Origin: Idiomarina loihiensis L2TR
GTDB lineage: Bacteria > Pseudomonadota > Gammaproteobacteria > Enterobacterales > Alteromonadaceae
Assembly (NCBI RefSeq): GCF_000008465.1
Contig: NC_006512.1
Span: forward strand, 60,001-92,000
Reading direction: 5' to 3'
DNA: 32,000 nt
The notes beneath the pieces are model-generated. The model did no database searches, was not told where the DNA came from, and was given only the letters and a program-made list of their open reading frames with translations. The position numbers and the translations under genes were made by a program. This document shows, one piece after another, positions 31,849-32,000 of the stretch; the stretch's first letter is position 1, and the number at the start of each line of letters is the position of its first letter.

Positions 31849-31998
31849 TGCAAAAAATGCTGCGGCAAGTGCCCCGGCAATAATAGCGATAAACCATGCA
31901 GCTCCAGCCCGCTTTCCTAAATTAATTGTCCAGCCAAGCATTGGATAAAATTTCGGCACCCAGCTGCGCGTATCTTTCTTGCTAAAGTATATGCCGAG
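31825..31998 (-). CDS. 3' end of a membrane-protein gene continuing beyond the window
   Basis: Hand translation of the minus strand gives an open frame to the window edge: ...LGIYFSKKDTRSWVPKFYPMLGWTINLGKRAGAAWFIAIIAGALAAAFFAGWLTASK, with a stop (TAG) at 31827-31825. The C-terminus is a hydrophobic helix. It is not in the ORF track because it is partial. Confidence 0.35.
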   Translation of the reverse strand, partial: LGIYFSKKDTRSWVPKFYPMLGWTINLGKRAGAAWFIAIIAGALAAAFFAGWLTASK

Positions 31999-32000
31999 CC

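Noticed and set aside
1-32000. CRISPR arrays, IS elements, prophage genes, rRNA/tRNA genes and known defence systems
   Set aside because: Reading both strands, I found no regularly spaced direct repeats, no transposase/integrase/recombinase-like translations, no tRNA-like cloverleaf candidates in the intergenic regions, and no nuclease/helicase/methylase gene clusters.

Overview
This window looks like ordinary chromosomal DNA from a marine gammaproteobacterium. The Alteromonadales-like gene content and terminator style are my inference and were not verified. I can support about 28 protein-coding genes and found no rRNA, tRNA, CRISPR array, transposase or integrase. Gene order, left to right: (1) a hipBA type II toxin-antitoxin pair, with hipB cut by the window edge. 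(2) A membrane-anchored LuxR/GerE regulator divergent from a tightly coupled four-gene heavy-metal-type RND efflux operon (outer-membrane factor, periplasmic adaptor, CzcA/CusA-family pump, DUF3240). (3) A mixed stretch rich in redox, electrophile and repair genes: tandem ChrR-type cupin, trxC, YqaA, a zinc-ribbon membrane protein, a Fur-box-preceded TonB-dependent receptor, an AraC-MGMT fusion, TetR plus a Sad/YneI-like aldehyde dehydrogenase, DUF2891, exported oligopeptidase B, dps, an OYE flavin reductase, an orphan 642-aa lipoprotein, TraB/GumN, Tat-dependent PhoX and ohrR-ohr. (4) A GH43 hydrolase, an SDR, an LpxH-family phosphoesterase, and small proteins at the right edge. I see no clear-cut novel multi-gene defence or mobile system. 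The best candidates for something undescribed are: the two-TM LuxR regulator paired with an RND operon that has no two-component sensor in view; the domain-less 642-aa lipoprotein; an unannotated 40-aa ORF with its own RBS and terminator; and a highly structured ada/tetR intergenic region. All functional calls rest on motifs I recognised by eye in the supplied translations. No searches were run.
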